NCBI GenBank assembly: GCA_044370255.1
Contig: JBILVV010000001.1
Span: 1-46,092 of the forward strand
Reading direction: 5' to 3'
From: Pirellula sp.
GTDB taxonomy: Bacteria; Planctomycetota; Planctomycetia; Pirellulales; Pirellulaceae
Length of the DNA stretch: 46,092 nt
This document shows, one piece after another, positions 37,326 through 46,092 of the stretch; within the stretch, counting starts at the first letter, position 1; every line of letters begins with the position of its first letter. Under the pieces are notes generated by a model. That model had not been told where the DNA came from, searched no databases, and saw only the letters and a list, made by a program, of their open reading frames with translations. The position numbers and the translations under genes were made by a program.

Positions 37326-39419
37326 TCACATTGCGAACGACTCGAGATCTTCCTTCGATGCGACTTGGTAACCATGGGGTTCCATCGAGCATCCCGCACG
37401 CCCTTGGCTCAGAGATCGAATAGCGCTCGAATAACCGAACAGTTCCTTCAGCGGGGCAAGGGCCGCGATGCTGGTCATCGATCCGCGAGCTTCGGTCCGC
37501 TCGATCAATCCGCGACGTTGCTGCAGATCCCCTACAATCTCGCCGAGGTAATCCGCCGGTGTCGTGATATCCATCTTCATGACGGGCTCTAACAGTGAGG
37601 GACCTCCTTCTCGCAACCCTAAGTCAAATGCGTCATTGGCAGCGATTCGAAACGCGACTTCGTCCGAACCAATCTCGGCGATCTCTCCTCCGAGGATGCT
37701 AATGCGCATGCCGGTCAATGGGAACGAACCGATCAGCCCGCCTCCCTCAGCGCGATTGCGAAGTTCCTCCAAGGCCGCTTGCCGAAGATTCTCCGGAAGC
37801 ATCTTCTCGGGAGGGGTTCGATCGAGCACGATCACTTTCGCGGATAAATCCTCGAGGGGTTCGAACCGGACACTCAATCGCGCGTACAGATGCTGTGAAC
37901 CGACTTGACGATTGCATTGACCGACCACTTCAGCGGCCGAAGCGATCGTCTCGCGGTAACTGACCCGCGGTTTGTAGAACTTGACATTCATGTGGTAGTC
38001 GCGAACCAACCGATTCTTGATGACCTCAAGGTGCAACTCCCCCATACCCGAAATGATTGTCTGGCCCGATTCGCTGCTATCGGTCGCGTGAAAAGTGGGA
38101 TCCTGGCGTTTGAGCATATCGAGGACTTCCGCCAGCTTCTTTCGATCGGTGGTGTTTTCCGGTTCGATAGCCATCGAGATAACCGATTGCGCGAATTGGA
38201 TCGATGGGAGCTCAATCATGTCCCGCGTATCGCACAACGTATCCCCGGTGATCGAATCGCGAGGTCCGATCGCACAGGCGATATCACCGCATTCCAGAGC
38301 GTCGATCTGCCCTTGTTTCTCTCGCTTGGTGGCATGGATCTGCCAAAGCTGGGCAACGTTTTCCTTCTTGTCGCGATTGGGATTGTAAACGCGGGAGTTG
38401 GATTCCAGGCGGCCCGAGTAAACGCGGATCCAAAACATGTCGCCGGTCTTCGCGGGGAGGATCTTGAACACCAGACCGCAAAAGGGTTCCTTCGGGTCGG
38501 GCTTGCGCTGAAGCGATTTGTCCCGTTTCTTGGGATCGCATCCCTGCACGGGAGGCCGATCGAGAGGGCATGGAAGGTAGTGACTCACGCCGTCGAGCAG
38601 TGGTTGCACTCCCACGCCATGAAGAGCCGAACCGCACAGAACGGGTTGGATCTGCTGCGCGATGCATGCATCCCGGAGCGTCTTTCGAATCAACTCGGCT
38701 GGAATCGGTTTTTCCTCCATCGCCAATTCCATCATGTCATTGCTGAAGGTGTAGAGCTTTTCGAGCATGACATTGCGCCAATCGTTGGCATCGCCGCGTA
38801 GTTCCTCGGGGATATCAGAAACTACGACCGTGCGCCCCGCATCCTCCGTACTAAAGGTGAGGAGTTTCATATCGACCAGATCGATGATTCCGCGAAACGG
38901 GTCGCTGGTGTGGCTGGGCCCTTGGCCGACCGGGATTTGGATGGGGAGCGGGTCGGCATTGAGTCGCGGACCGATTTCATCGAGGACTCGATAGAAATCC
39001 GCTCCCTCGCGATCGAGTTTGTTGATGAACACAATGCGCGGGACGCCATATTTATTGGCTTGTCGCCAAACCGTCTCGCTCTGAGCTTCGACCCCCTCGC
39101 GAGCGCTGAAAACAACGACTGCTCCATCGAGCACTCGCAGGCAGCGTTCGACTTCTGCGGTAAAGTCGACGTGGCCGGGTGTATCGAGCAGATTGACGGT
39201 GCAGTCCTTCCAGCGAAAGGTGACGCAAGCGGCGAATATCGTGATGCCCCGTTGTTGCTCCTCGGGATCATCATCGGTTTCGGTCGTGCCCGAGTCGACA
39301 GCGCCTGCTCGATGCTTGGTACCACTCATGTACAGCATCTGCTCGGTGACAGTCGTCTTGCCCGCATCGATGTGAGCAATGATGCCGATGTTGCGAATCG
39401 TCTTTAATTCACGTGCCAT
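37326..39419 (-). CDS. fusA: Elongation factor G, divergent paralogue
   Basis: NIGIIAHIDAGKTT, RGITI, DTPGHVDF, NKLD, GMGELHL, LLEPVM and domain V. Switch I and the domain IV loops are divergent. Not in an rpsL-rpsG context. Confidence 0.93.
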   Translation of the reverse strand: MARELKTIRNIGIIAHIDAGKTTVTEQMLYMSGTKHRAGAVDSGTTETDDDPEEQQRGITIFAACVTFRWKDCTVNLLDTPGHVDFTAEVERCLRVLDGAVVVFSAREGVEAQSETVWRQANKYGVPRIVFINKLDREGADFYRVLDEIGPRLNADPLPIQIPVGQGPSHTSDPFRGIIDLVDMKLLTFSTEDAGRTVVVSDIPEELRGDANDWRNVMLEKLYTFSNDMMELAMEEKPIPAELIRKTLRDACIAQQIQPVLCGSALHGVGVQPLLDGVSHYLPCPLDRPPVQGCDPKKRDKSLQRKPDPKEPFCGLVFKILPAKTGDMFWIRVYSGRLESNSRVYNPNRDKKENVAQLWQIHATKREKQGQIDALECGDIACAIGPRDSITGDTLCDTRDMIELPSIQFAQSVISMAIEPENTTDRKKLAEVLDMLKRQDPTFHATDSSESGQTIISGMGELHLEVIKNRLVRDYHMNVKFYKPRVSYRETIASAAEVVGQCNRQVGSQHLYARLSVRFEPLEDLSAKVIVLDRTPPEKMLPENLRQAALEELRNRAEGGGLIGSFPLTGMRISILGGEIAEIGSDEVAFRIAANDAFDLGLREGGPSLLEPVMKMDITTPADYLGEIVGDLQQRRGLIERTEARGSMTSIAALAPLKELFGYSSAIRSLSQGRAGCSMEPHGYQVASKEDLESFAM

Positions 39420-39451
39420 ATTAAAAGGAACAGATCACTGAGCGCGAGGCA

Positions 39452-40927
39452 TCACGAGGGTTGGCGGCGCAAGTCAAGCCATTCACTGTGGAATACACCT
39501 TCCTGGTCGACGCGTTGGTAGGTATGAGCGCCGAAGTAATCGCGCTGGGCCTGGAGTAAGTTCGAAGGCAATCTCGCCAATCGATAGCTGTCGTAGTAAG
39601 CCAACGCTGTTGAGAATGCTGGAACAGGAAGACCTAAGTGGCTGGCTGCCATGACAACAGCCCTCCAAGACTCCTGAGCCCCTTGGATCGCTTGGTTAAA
39701 GTAAGGAAACAAGAGCAAGTTCTCGAGATTGGGCTGCGCATCAAAGGCTTCTTTGATCCGGTCCAGGAACTGGGCGCGAATGATGCAGCCACCTCGCCAT
39801 AGCAAGGCGCAGTCGCCGTAATTGAGTTCCCACTTGTGCTCGCGACTCGCCTCCTGAAGCTGAACGAAACCCTGCGCGTACGAGCAGATCTTGGATGCGT
39901 ACAACGCTTGTCGAACCGCTTCGATGAATCCTTTGCGGTCCTGGATCATCGACTGAACAGCCGAGGCAAAGGCGGGATTGTGGGAGGGCGCGGGAGCGGG
40001 CAGTATCTTGCTAGCGCGAACGCGGGCATCCTTCATCGCAGCAAGACATCGCGCGTACACAGCCGTAGTTACCAACGTGCTCGGAACCCCGAGGTCGAGT
40101 GCCAACTGGCTCATCCACTTGCCAGTCCCCTTGGCACCGGCGACATCTAGGATCTTGTCGACCAGGTAACCATCCCCGCCTCGATCGTCTTTCACACTGA
40201 AGATATCGCGCGATATTTCTATAAGATAGCTTTGCAGTTCACCGCGATTCCACTCGGAGAAGACATCGTAAAGTTCGTCGTTGCTCAGCCCTGCGGCTTC
40301 TTTGAGCAGGAAATAGGCCTCGCAGATCAACTGCATGTCACCATACTCGATGCCGTTGTGCACCATCTTGACGTAGTGACCAGCACCGCGAGGCCCCACC
40401 CACTCGCAGCATGGAATATCGTGCTTGGGTCCAACTTTGGCCGCAATCGATTGAAAGATTGGGCGGATCGTTTCCCAAGCAGCTTTGCTGCCGCCAGGCA
40501 TCAAGCTCGGACCCTTGAGCGCTCCCTCTTCGCCACCCGAAACACCAGAACCCACAAAGAGCAAGCCTTTGCTTTCAACATACTGAGTGCGTCGTTCGGT
40601 GTCGACGTAATGGGTATTGCCCCCATCAATCAGGATGTCCCCCGGTTCCAAGTGAGGCAGAAGTTGTTCGATCAAATCGTCGACAGCCGGCCCCGCCTTG
40701 ACCAGCATCATCACAATGCGAGGCCGCCGCAGGCTCTTGACCAATTCCGGGATGGAGTGGCAACCGACGAAGCTCTTGTCCTTGGCTCGCCCCTGAATCA
40801 ATTCGTCGACTTTTTCCGTAGTTCGGTTGAAGACCGCTACCCGGTACCCGCGACTTTCCACGTTAAGGGCCAGGTTTTCGCCCATGACAGCTAGGCCAAT
40901 CAGGCCGAAATCACATAGCTCGCTCAT
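39452..40927 (-). CDS. gnd: 6-phosphogluconate dehydrogenase (decarboxylating, NADP)
   Basis: GLIGLAVMG, GVSGGEEGA, KMVHNGIEYGDMQ, KGTGKW, WRGGCIIR, QAQRDYFGAH. Confidence 0.97.
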   Translation of the reverse strand: MSELCDFGLIGLAVMGENLALNVESRGYRVAVFNRTTEKVDELIQGRAKDKSFVGCHSIPELVKSLRRPRIVMMLVKAGPAVDDLIEQLLPHLEPGDILIDGGNTHYVDTERRTQYVESKGLLFVGSGVSGGEEGALKGPSLMPGGSKAAWETIRPIFQSIAAKVGPKHDIPCCEWVGPRGAGHYVKMVHNGIEYGDMQLICEAYFLLKEAAGLSNDELYDVFSEWNRGELQSYLIEISRDIFSVKDDRGGDGYLVDKILDVAGAKGTGKWMSQLALDLGVPSTLVTTAVYARCLAAMKDARVRASKILPAPAPSHNPAFASAVQSMIQDRKGFIEAVRQALYASKICSYAQGFVQLQEASREHKWELNYGDCALLWRGGCIIRAQFLDRIKEAFDAQPNLENLLLFPYFNQAIQGAQESWRAVVMAASHLGLPVPAFSTALAYYDSYRLARLPSNLLQAQRDYFGAHTYQRVDQEGVFHSEWLDLRRQPS

Positions 40928-41016
40928 GCTTGTTTACCGTTCCACAGTCAGCGTACCATGGTGCAAACAGGGGCCCATGGGACTCGGGGGATAGGGATCG
41001 TTCGAGGAAGAAGGGC

Positions 41017-41022
41017 ATTCTA
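41017..41022 (-). promoter_or_regulatory. Sigma-70 -10 box for the gnd-fusA-tmk unit
   Basis: TAGAAT on the - strand about 90 nt upstream of gnd. Confidence 0.4.
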
Positions 41023-41149
41023 GCCTTGGCAGTCCGCATCATCAATCGTTCCCTTTTCCCTCGCATACCCTCCGTTTCCGCGAGATTTGACCGACAGCTA
41101 AACTCATGATGATCTCGATTCTCTCATCCGATTCGGAGCGGAAACGAAA

Positions 41150-42499
41150 ATGAAATTCCTATCAAACAGTGTTCGACACCTTCTCCCATGCTGGCTATGT
41201 GCTGGATTGCTCCTTAACGCATCGATTGCAGAGGATTGGTCGCAGTTCCGAGGCGGCCAAGCGATGAGCGTTGTCGCAGAGGCAAAGCTGCCCGAATCCT
41301 GGCCCGAGACTCCCACCCCCGCATGGCGCACCGAAATCGACGGAAGCGGCTGGTCTCAACCCATCGTCGTCGGAGATAAAATCTTCGTCACCACTGCAGT
41401 CGGATCCAAGTCGGTCAAACCCAAGGGGATGACCGGCGGCGTCATGGATCCAAGCACTATGGGTCGAGCACCCAAGCCCAAGGATGCCGTCGAGTGGCGA
41501 CTGGTATGTATGCAGTTGTCCAACGGCGATGTTCTCTGGCAGTCGAAAGTCGCCGAGGCTGTTCCGGCCTTTGGCAAGCATGCATCGAACACATTTGCAA
41601 CCGAAACCCCCGCGGCTGCAGAAGATACCGTCTACGCTTTTTTCGGTGCGGCAGGCGTTCTGACCGCCTTCGACTTCCAAGGCAAACCCAAGTGGACCAA
41701 ATCGTTTGAACCTCAAAAGATCACCAACGACTTTGGCACCGGATCGTCGGTGCTGCTAGCCGATGATCGATTGCTGATCCAAATGTACAACGAAGATTCA
41801 GCAACTCTATTCTGCCTAAATGCAGCCGATGGTCAGGAGCTATGGCGTGCAACGCGCGACAAAGGATCTGCATGGAGCACACCCATTCTGTGGAAGAACA
41901 TCGATCGCACAGAAGTCGTGACCGCCGGTTCGGGTTCCGTCATCGCCTACGATCTGGCCGATGGCTCCGAGCGATGGCGAGTCGGCGGACTCGATACATC
42001 GTTCTCTTGTTCTTTGGTTGCCGACCCTCGCGGTGTTTACTACGGAACCTCGAGCCCCGGCAGCAAAGGACCTATCGGTGCCGTCGGCGCGGGGCATCTA
42101 GGCGACCTAACACCTGCCAAAGGCCAGAAGAAAAGTGAAGGAGTATTATGGTCGGGATCCAAGAGTGGTGCCGGAATGCCTTCGCCCGTTGTAGTCGGCG
42201 AATACATCTACTTCTTCGGCAACACGATCACTTGTTACGAGACGCAAACGGGCAAAGAGATCTATCGAAAGCGGACTCCGGGTGGCAAACTGATAGCGGG
42301 CTGTCCCGTGGCGGTTGGCGATCGAATCTATGCAGTCAACGAATCGGGGGATACATTCCTGTTTGCCACCGGGCCGGAGTATAACTTGCTCGCGGAAATA
42401 AAAACCGGGAACAAGAACGAAGTCTATTGGGCTACCCCCGCCATCTCAGGTGATTCTCTCCTGATCCGCTCCTCGGATGCAGTGTATTGCTACCGCTGA
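41150..42499 (+). CDS. PQQ-binding-like beta-propeller protein (BamB-like), secreted
   Basis: Signal peptide, EDWSQFRG, GWSQPIVVGDKIF, ASNTFATETP, AWSTPI, MPSPV, YWATPAI. Confidence 0.9.
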   Translation: MKFLSNSVRHLLPCWLCAGLLLNASIAEDWSQFRGGQAMSVVAEAKLPESWPETPTPAWRTEIDGSGWSQPIVVGDKIFVTTAVGSKSVKPKGMTGGVMDPSTMGRAPKPKDAVEWRLVCMQLSNGDVLWQSKVAEAVPAFGKHASNTFATETPAAAEDTVYAFFGAAGVLTAFDFQGKPKWTKSFEPQKITNDFGTGSSVLLADDRLLIQMYNEDSATLFCLNAADGQELWRATRDKGSAWSTPILWKNIDRTEVVTAGSGSVIAYDLADGSERWRVGGLDTSFSCSLVADPRGVYYGTSSPGSKGPIGAVGAGHLGDLTPAKGQKKSEGVLWSGSKSGAGMPSPVVVGEYIYFFGNTITCYETQTGKEIYRKRTPGGKLIAGCPVAVGDRIYAVNESGDTFLFATGPEYNLLAEIKTGNKNEVYWATPAISGDSLLIRSSDAVYCYR

Positions 42500-42513
42500 G
42501 AACGAGGGTGGCT

Positions 42514-42541
42514 CGCCCAGAGGCTTTGCGATGGGCGTGGT
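42514..42541 (+). repeat. REP-like palindromic repeat, copy 2
   Basis: 28/28 identical to 3495-3522. Begins 15 nt after the propeller-gene stop. Confidence 0.85.
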
Positions 42542-42607
42542 CCCCACCGCAATCGATAGGATTGGCTACGATCTTGGGGACTCGCTCCCAACGTGCTGTG
42601 CCGAATA

Positions 42608-43936
42608 ATGTCTTACTTGCTAAACCTGATCTATATCCTGCTCCTCTTCGTTGCTAGCCCATGGATTGTTTGGCGATGGGTCACACAGGGGCGTTACAAA
42701 CAAGGATGGCGCGAAAAACTCTTTGGCAATCTCCCTCGCCTATCCACTGCCACGACAGCCTCAACGCAAGACCCAACCAAACGGCGCTTTTGGTTTCATG
42801 CAGTCAGTGTCGGCGAGTTGCAAGTCATCCGCCCAGTCATTGAACTCGCACAGAGCGAATGGCCCGATCTGCAAATCGTTGTTACCACCTCCACCGACAG
42901 TGGCTACGAACTGGCCAAGAAACTTTACTCACAACATCAAGTTGCATTTGCCCCCTTGGACTTCACCTGGGCCATTCGCAGGGCACTCGATCGCATCGAG
43001 CCCGATCTACTAGTGATGGCTGAACTGGAACTGTGGCCGAATTGGCTTCGCATCACTGCTCGGCAAGGGATCCCGATCGCCATCATCAATGCTCGACTCA
43101 GCGCTCGTTCGCTTTCGGGATATCTTCGCATCGCCCCGCTCATCACCTCCGTGCTATCGCAAGTGAACTGGATCGGGACCCAAAGCGCGACATATCGCGA
43201 CCGATTCCTTCAATTGGGTTATCCCAACGAACGGATCGACGTCACCGGCAATATCAAGTTCGATGGCGCCACTCCCGATCGCGAACATCCCGAGGTTGCA
43301 ATGCGGCGTGCGATGCTGTCGCTCAATGCTCCGCAGGAAGAACGCGAGCGGACCGTTTGGCTGTGCGGCAGCACCCAGTCTCCCGAAGAATCCTTGTGCC
43401 TCCAGGCCATGTCGGAATTGCTACCACGGTTCCCCGGATTGCGAATGATCCTGGTGCCGCGTCATGCGGAACGATTCGACGAGGTCGCGAAACTGGTCGA
43501 GGCAAGCGGCCTGCCTTGGATTCGCAGAAGTCAACTGACCGATGCACCCACCGGCACACAGTGGCGAGTCCTGCTCGCCGACTCGGTCGGCGAACTTCGA
43601 TGGTGGTGGGGACTGGCCGATATCGGTTTCGTCGGAGGAAGTTTCGGGTCGCGCGGCGGACAAAATATGATCGAACCGTGCGCTTATGGAGTTGCGACGT
43701 CCTTTGGCCCAAACACTCGCAATTTCACCGATGTCGTTCAACTTCTCCTCGAATCTGACGGCGCAGTGCAATTCCAGGACCCTGCACAGATCGTGCCCTG
43801 GGTCACCTCCATGATCGAGAACCCCTCCGAACGGCAGGCCCTGCAGGAAAGGGCGAAGGAATTGGTCCAAAAGCAACGCGGGGCGGTCCAACGGACTTGG
43901 TCGCAACTGAAGACTCTCATCGCTTCCAACGACTAA
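42608..43936 (+). CDS. waaA: 3-deoxy-D-manno-octulosonic acid (Kdo) transferase
   Basis: WFHAVSVGE, APLD, ELELWPN, INARLS, GNIKFD, GST, LVPRHAERF, FVGGSF, GGQNMIEP, GPN. Confidence 0.95.
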   Translation: MSYLLNLIYILLLFVASPWIVWRWVTQGRYKQGWREKLFGNLPRLSTATTASTQDPTKRRFWFHAVSVGELQVIRPVIELAQSEWPDLQIVVTTSTDSGYELAKKLYSQHQVAFAPLDFTWAIRRALDRIEPDLLVMAELELWPNWLRITARQGIPIAIINARLSARSLSGYLRIAPLITSVLSQVNWIGTQSATYRDRFLQLGYPNERIDVTGNIKFDGATPDREHPEVAMRRAMLSLNAPQEERERTVWLCGSTQSPEESLCLQAMSELLPRFPGLRMILVPRHAERFDEVAKLVEASGLPWIRRSQLTDAPTGTQWRVLLADSVGELRWWWGLADIGFVGGSFGSRGGQNMIEPCAYGVATSFGPNTRNFTDVVQLLLESDGAVQFQDPAQIVPWVTSMIENPSERQALQERAKELVQKQRGAVQRTWSQLKTLIASND

Positions 43937-43955
43937 TCCACGGTCTGCCTAATTC

Positions 43956-43964
43956 TGCTAGAAT
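43956..43964 (+). promoter_or_regulatory. Extended -10 promoter (TGnTAGAAT)
   Basis: TGCTAGAAT about 80 nt upstream of the ACT-domain gene. Confidence 0.5.
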
Positions 43965-44042
43965 AAGTTCCTCTGAAGCGGCGGATCGCGATACCTTGCG
44001 GCCTGCTTCATCCTTTTTGACTCGCAGAAAGAGCCAGACAAT

Positions 44043-44528
44043 ATGAGTACGGGCGAAGGGGCCAGCACCTCCTTTGAAACCATGCGCGGACGGGATTATC
44101 CCACGCTTCGCCAATTCACCCTATTTCTCGAAAATCGGGTCGGACAGTTGCTCGAAGTGGTCCGCCGTTTCGAAGTAGCTGGTATCCGTATCGCCGCGTT
44201 TTCGATCAGCGATGCGGCCGAATGCGCGTTTGTCCGATTCATCGTCAGCCATGCCGAGCGAGGACGTGAGATTTTGGAACGAGCAGGTTTATCCATCATC
44301 GAAAGCGATCTCATCGGTGTCGAACTCCCCGAAGGAGGCCAACCGATGCAGCAAATCTGTACCGCATTGCTTCAAGGGGAAATCAACATCGTTCAAGCCT
44401 ATCCCCTCCTGGTTCATCCTCACGGACAACCTGGCATCGCCATCATGGTCGACAACACCGAAGCCGGCCTCGATATCCTCGCACGCAAAGGATTTCGCCT
44501 GATCAACGAAGCCGACTTACTCGACTAG
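44043..44528 (+). CDS. Tandem ACT-domain protein
   Basis: RQFTLFLENRVGQL, IRIAAFSISD, second ACT repeat EINIVQAYP. Confidence 0.85.
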   Translation: MSTGEGASTSFETMRGRDYPTLRQFTLFLENRVGQLLEVVRRFEVAGIRIAAFSISDAAECAFVRFIVSHAERGREILERAGLSIIESDLIGVELPEGGQPMQQICTALLQGEINIVQAYPLLVHPHGQPGIAIMVDNTEAGLDILARKGFRLINEADLLD

Positions 44529-44550
44529 TCCTTCATGACAGAAGTCCCCT

Positions 44551-46092
44551 ATGGCTAAGGTCCTCTCCCCACTTCCTTCAGCTTGGTTACTGGCAATCTC
44601 TCTCCTGTGCTCTTCGGTGATCGCTCAGGATGGAGAGCCCATGCAACAGGTTTCGATCGACGGCGTTCCCTTCTCGATCCCAGCAGGCACGACTCTTGAA
44701 CAAGTAGCTGCACCGAAGTTGTGCACTTGGCCGATCGTCGCGACATGGGATCCAAAGGGGAATCTCGTCGTGGCAGAGTCGGTGTGGACACGCGAGCCGG
44801 TGCACAAACAACTCGAGACTCGCCCCCATCGCATCGTCCGGTTATCGGATACCGATCAGGACGGCCAGTTCGATCACAGACAAGTGGTCGCCGAGTCGCT
44901 CAGTTTTCCCGAAGGAGTTCTCTGTTTGGGGAACGATATTCTCGTCGCCGCACCGCCGGAGATATGGAAACTGACCGATGCCGATGGAGATGGAGTATGC
45001 GAATCGCGCGAGGTCTGGTTCGATGGCAAGACCTTAACGAACTGCGCGAACGATCTGCATGGCCCATGGCTCGGTCCGGACGGTTGGATCTATTGGTCCA
45101 AGAGCGCCTTCGCGGAACAGACGCATGAAGTCCTGCACCGAGGAAAATTCACCAGCACCGCTTCGCATCTGTATCGTCGCCATCCCAAGGGTGGTCCGAT
45201 CGAACCGGTCATGACCGGGGGTATGGATAACTTGGTCGATGTCGCCTGGCATCCGAGTGGCGAACGATTCTTCTGCGCGACATTCCTTCATCATCCTGCC
45301 GATGGGATCCGCGATGGGATCGGTCATGCAATGTACGGTTCGGTCTTTGGAAAACCCCATCAAGTCCTGGACGGCCATCCCAAAACCGGACCGCTGATGG
45401 AACCTCTTGTCGAAATGGGACCAGCAGCTCCGGCAGGACTGTTGTATTTGAACTCCCTACACGAGCGTATCGCCTCCCGAATGCCCACCCCAATCGGCAA
45501 ACAGGTTTCGGGTTACCTCGCAACGGCGCAATTCAATCTGCACAAGGTTTCGCTCCACCCCCTCCACACCAGCGGCGATTCATCCGGCTACACTTCCGCC
45601 TCGATCGATCTGGTCTCCTCGCCGCGCATCGATTTTCATCCCGTCGATGTCCTGCTCGATCGCGACGGATCGTTGATCATCGTCGACACCGGAGGCTGGT
45701 ACGATCTGTGCTGCCCAAGTTCCGGGACCGATCAACGTGTAGCACTCGGAGGCATCTATCGCCTGCGCAGCGCAACGACTGCTCGCCCCTCACCCACCGA
45801 TCATTCGATCGATGACTTGGCTCAGATCCTCATCGATGACCCCGAAAATAAGGAGGTATGGCGTCAGATCGACGCATCGCTCCAATCCGAGTCGGTCGAT
45901 GTGCGATTGGCAGCGCTCCATTTGATCTCGCTGTATCGCCATGAAGGTTCCCGCAGTGCAGTGAGCATGTGCCAATACCGCTACGGATACGGAGACCACC
46001 GGGACCTTCGAACTGCCCGGCTCGCCACCGAATGCATCGGGCGATTGGGATTGAAAGTGGCGAGCGACGGCGACGGCGGCGACTATCTCGAT
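44551..46092 (+). CDS. PVC-type heme-binding CxxCH protein / membrane-bound dehydrogenase-like, 3'-partial (runs off window)
   Basis: Absent from the ORF track; translated by hand from ATG 44551. Signal peptide, WPIVATWD, DTDQDGQFD, LSFPEGVL, DADGDGV, CANDLHGPWLGPDGWIYW, MTGGMDN, DFHPVDV, DTGGWYDLCCP. The C-terminal cytochrome domain lies outside the window. Confidence 0.88.
   Translation, partial: MAKVLSPLPSAWLLAISLLCSSVIAQDGEPMQQVSIDGVPFSIPAGTTLEQVAAPKLCTWPIVATWDPKGNLVVAESVWTREPVHKQLETRPHRIVRLSDTDQDGQFDHRQVVAESLSFPEGVLCLGNDILVAAPPEIWKLTDADGDGVCESREVWFDGKTLTNCANDLHGPWLGPDGWIYWSKSAFAEQTHEVLHRGKFTSTASHLYRRHPKGGPIEPVMTGGMDNLVDVAWHPSGERFFCATFLHHPADGIRDGIGHAMYGSVFGKPHQVLDGHPKTGPLMEPLVEMGPAAPAGLLYLNSLHERIASRMPTPIGKQVSGYLATAQFNLHKVSLHPLHTSGDSSGYTSASIDLVSSPRIDFHPVDVLLDRDGSLIIVDTGGWYDLCCPSSGTDQRVALGGIYRLRSATTARPSPTDHSIDDLAQILIDDPENKEVWRQIDASLQSESVDVRLAALHLISLYRHEGSRSAVSMCQYRYGYGDHRDLRTARLATECIGRLGLKVASDGDGGDYLD

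Overview
This 46 kb window is bacterial chromosome that reads as Planctomycetota (Pirellulaceae-like). The evidence is a DUF1501 + PSCyt/PSD1 pair, a PVC-type CxxCH heme protein, a sulfatase, DUF1080, a PQQ-like propeller and a zinc-ribbon SpoVG. It is mostly housekeeping and lineage-typical genes (mdh, valS, pepF, ispE, tmk, a divergent EF-G, gnd, waaA, a FliA/WhiG sigma factor). I found no tRNA, rRNA, CRISPR array or intact mobile element. The main unexplained feature is a ~1.07 kb stretch (29734-30798) between the PSD1 gene and a TPR gene, with no credible ORF. By hand it folds into three abutting, long, rod-like hairpins of about 414, 277 and 371 nt. Their non-Watson-Crick pairs are overwhelmingly G-U on the + strand. 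A sigma-28-like -10 box lies just before the first rod, and the last rod pairs with the Shine-Dalgarno of the TPR gene. This is a candidate undescribed large structured RNA or very long regulatory leader. Other observations: an identical 28-bp REP-like hairpin 39 kb apart, a deletion-fused ABC ATPase/gluzincin remnant, two leaderless-mRNA signatures, an orphan OleD-like reductase and a probable pseudo-esterase. All base-pairing and family calls were made by eye, with no folding software or database search.
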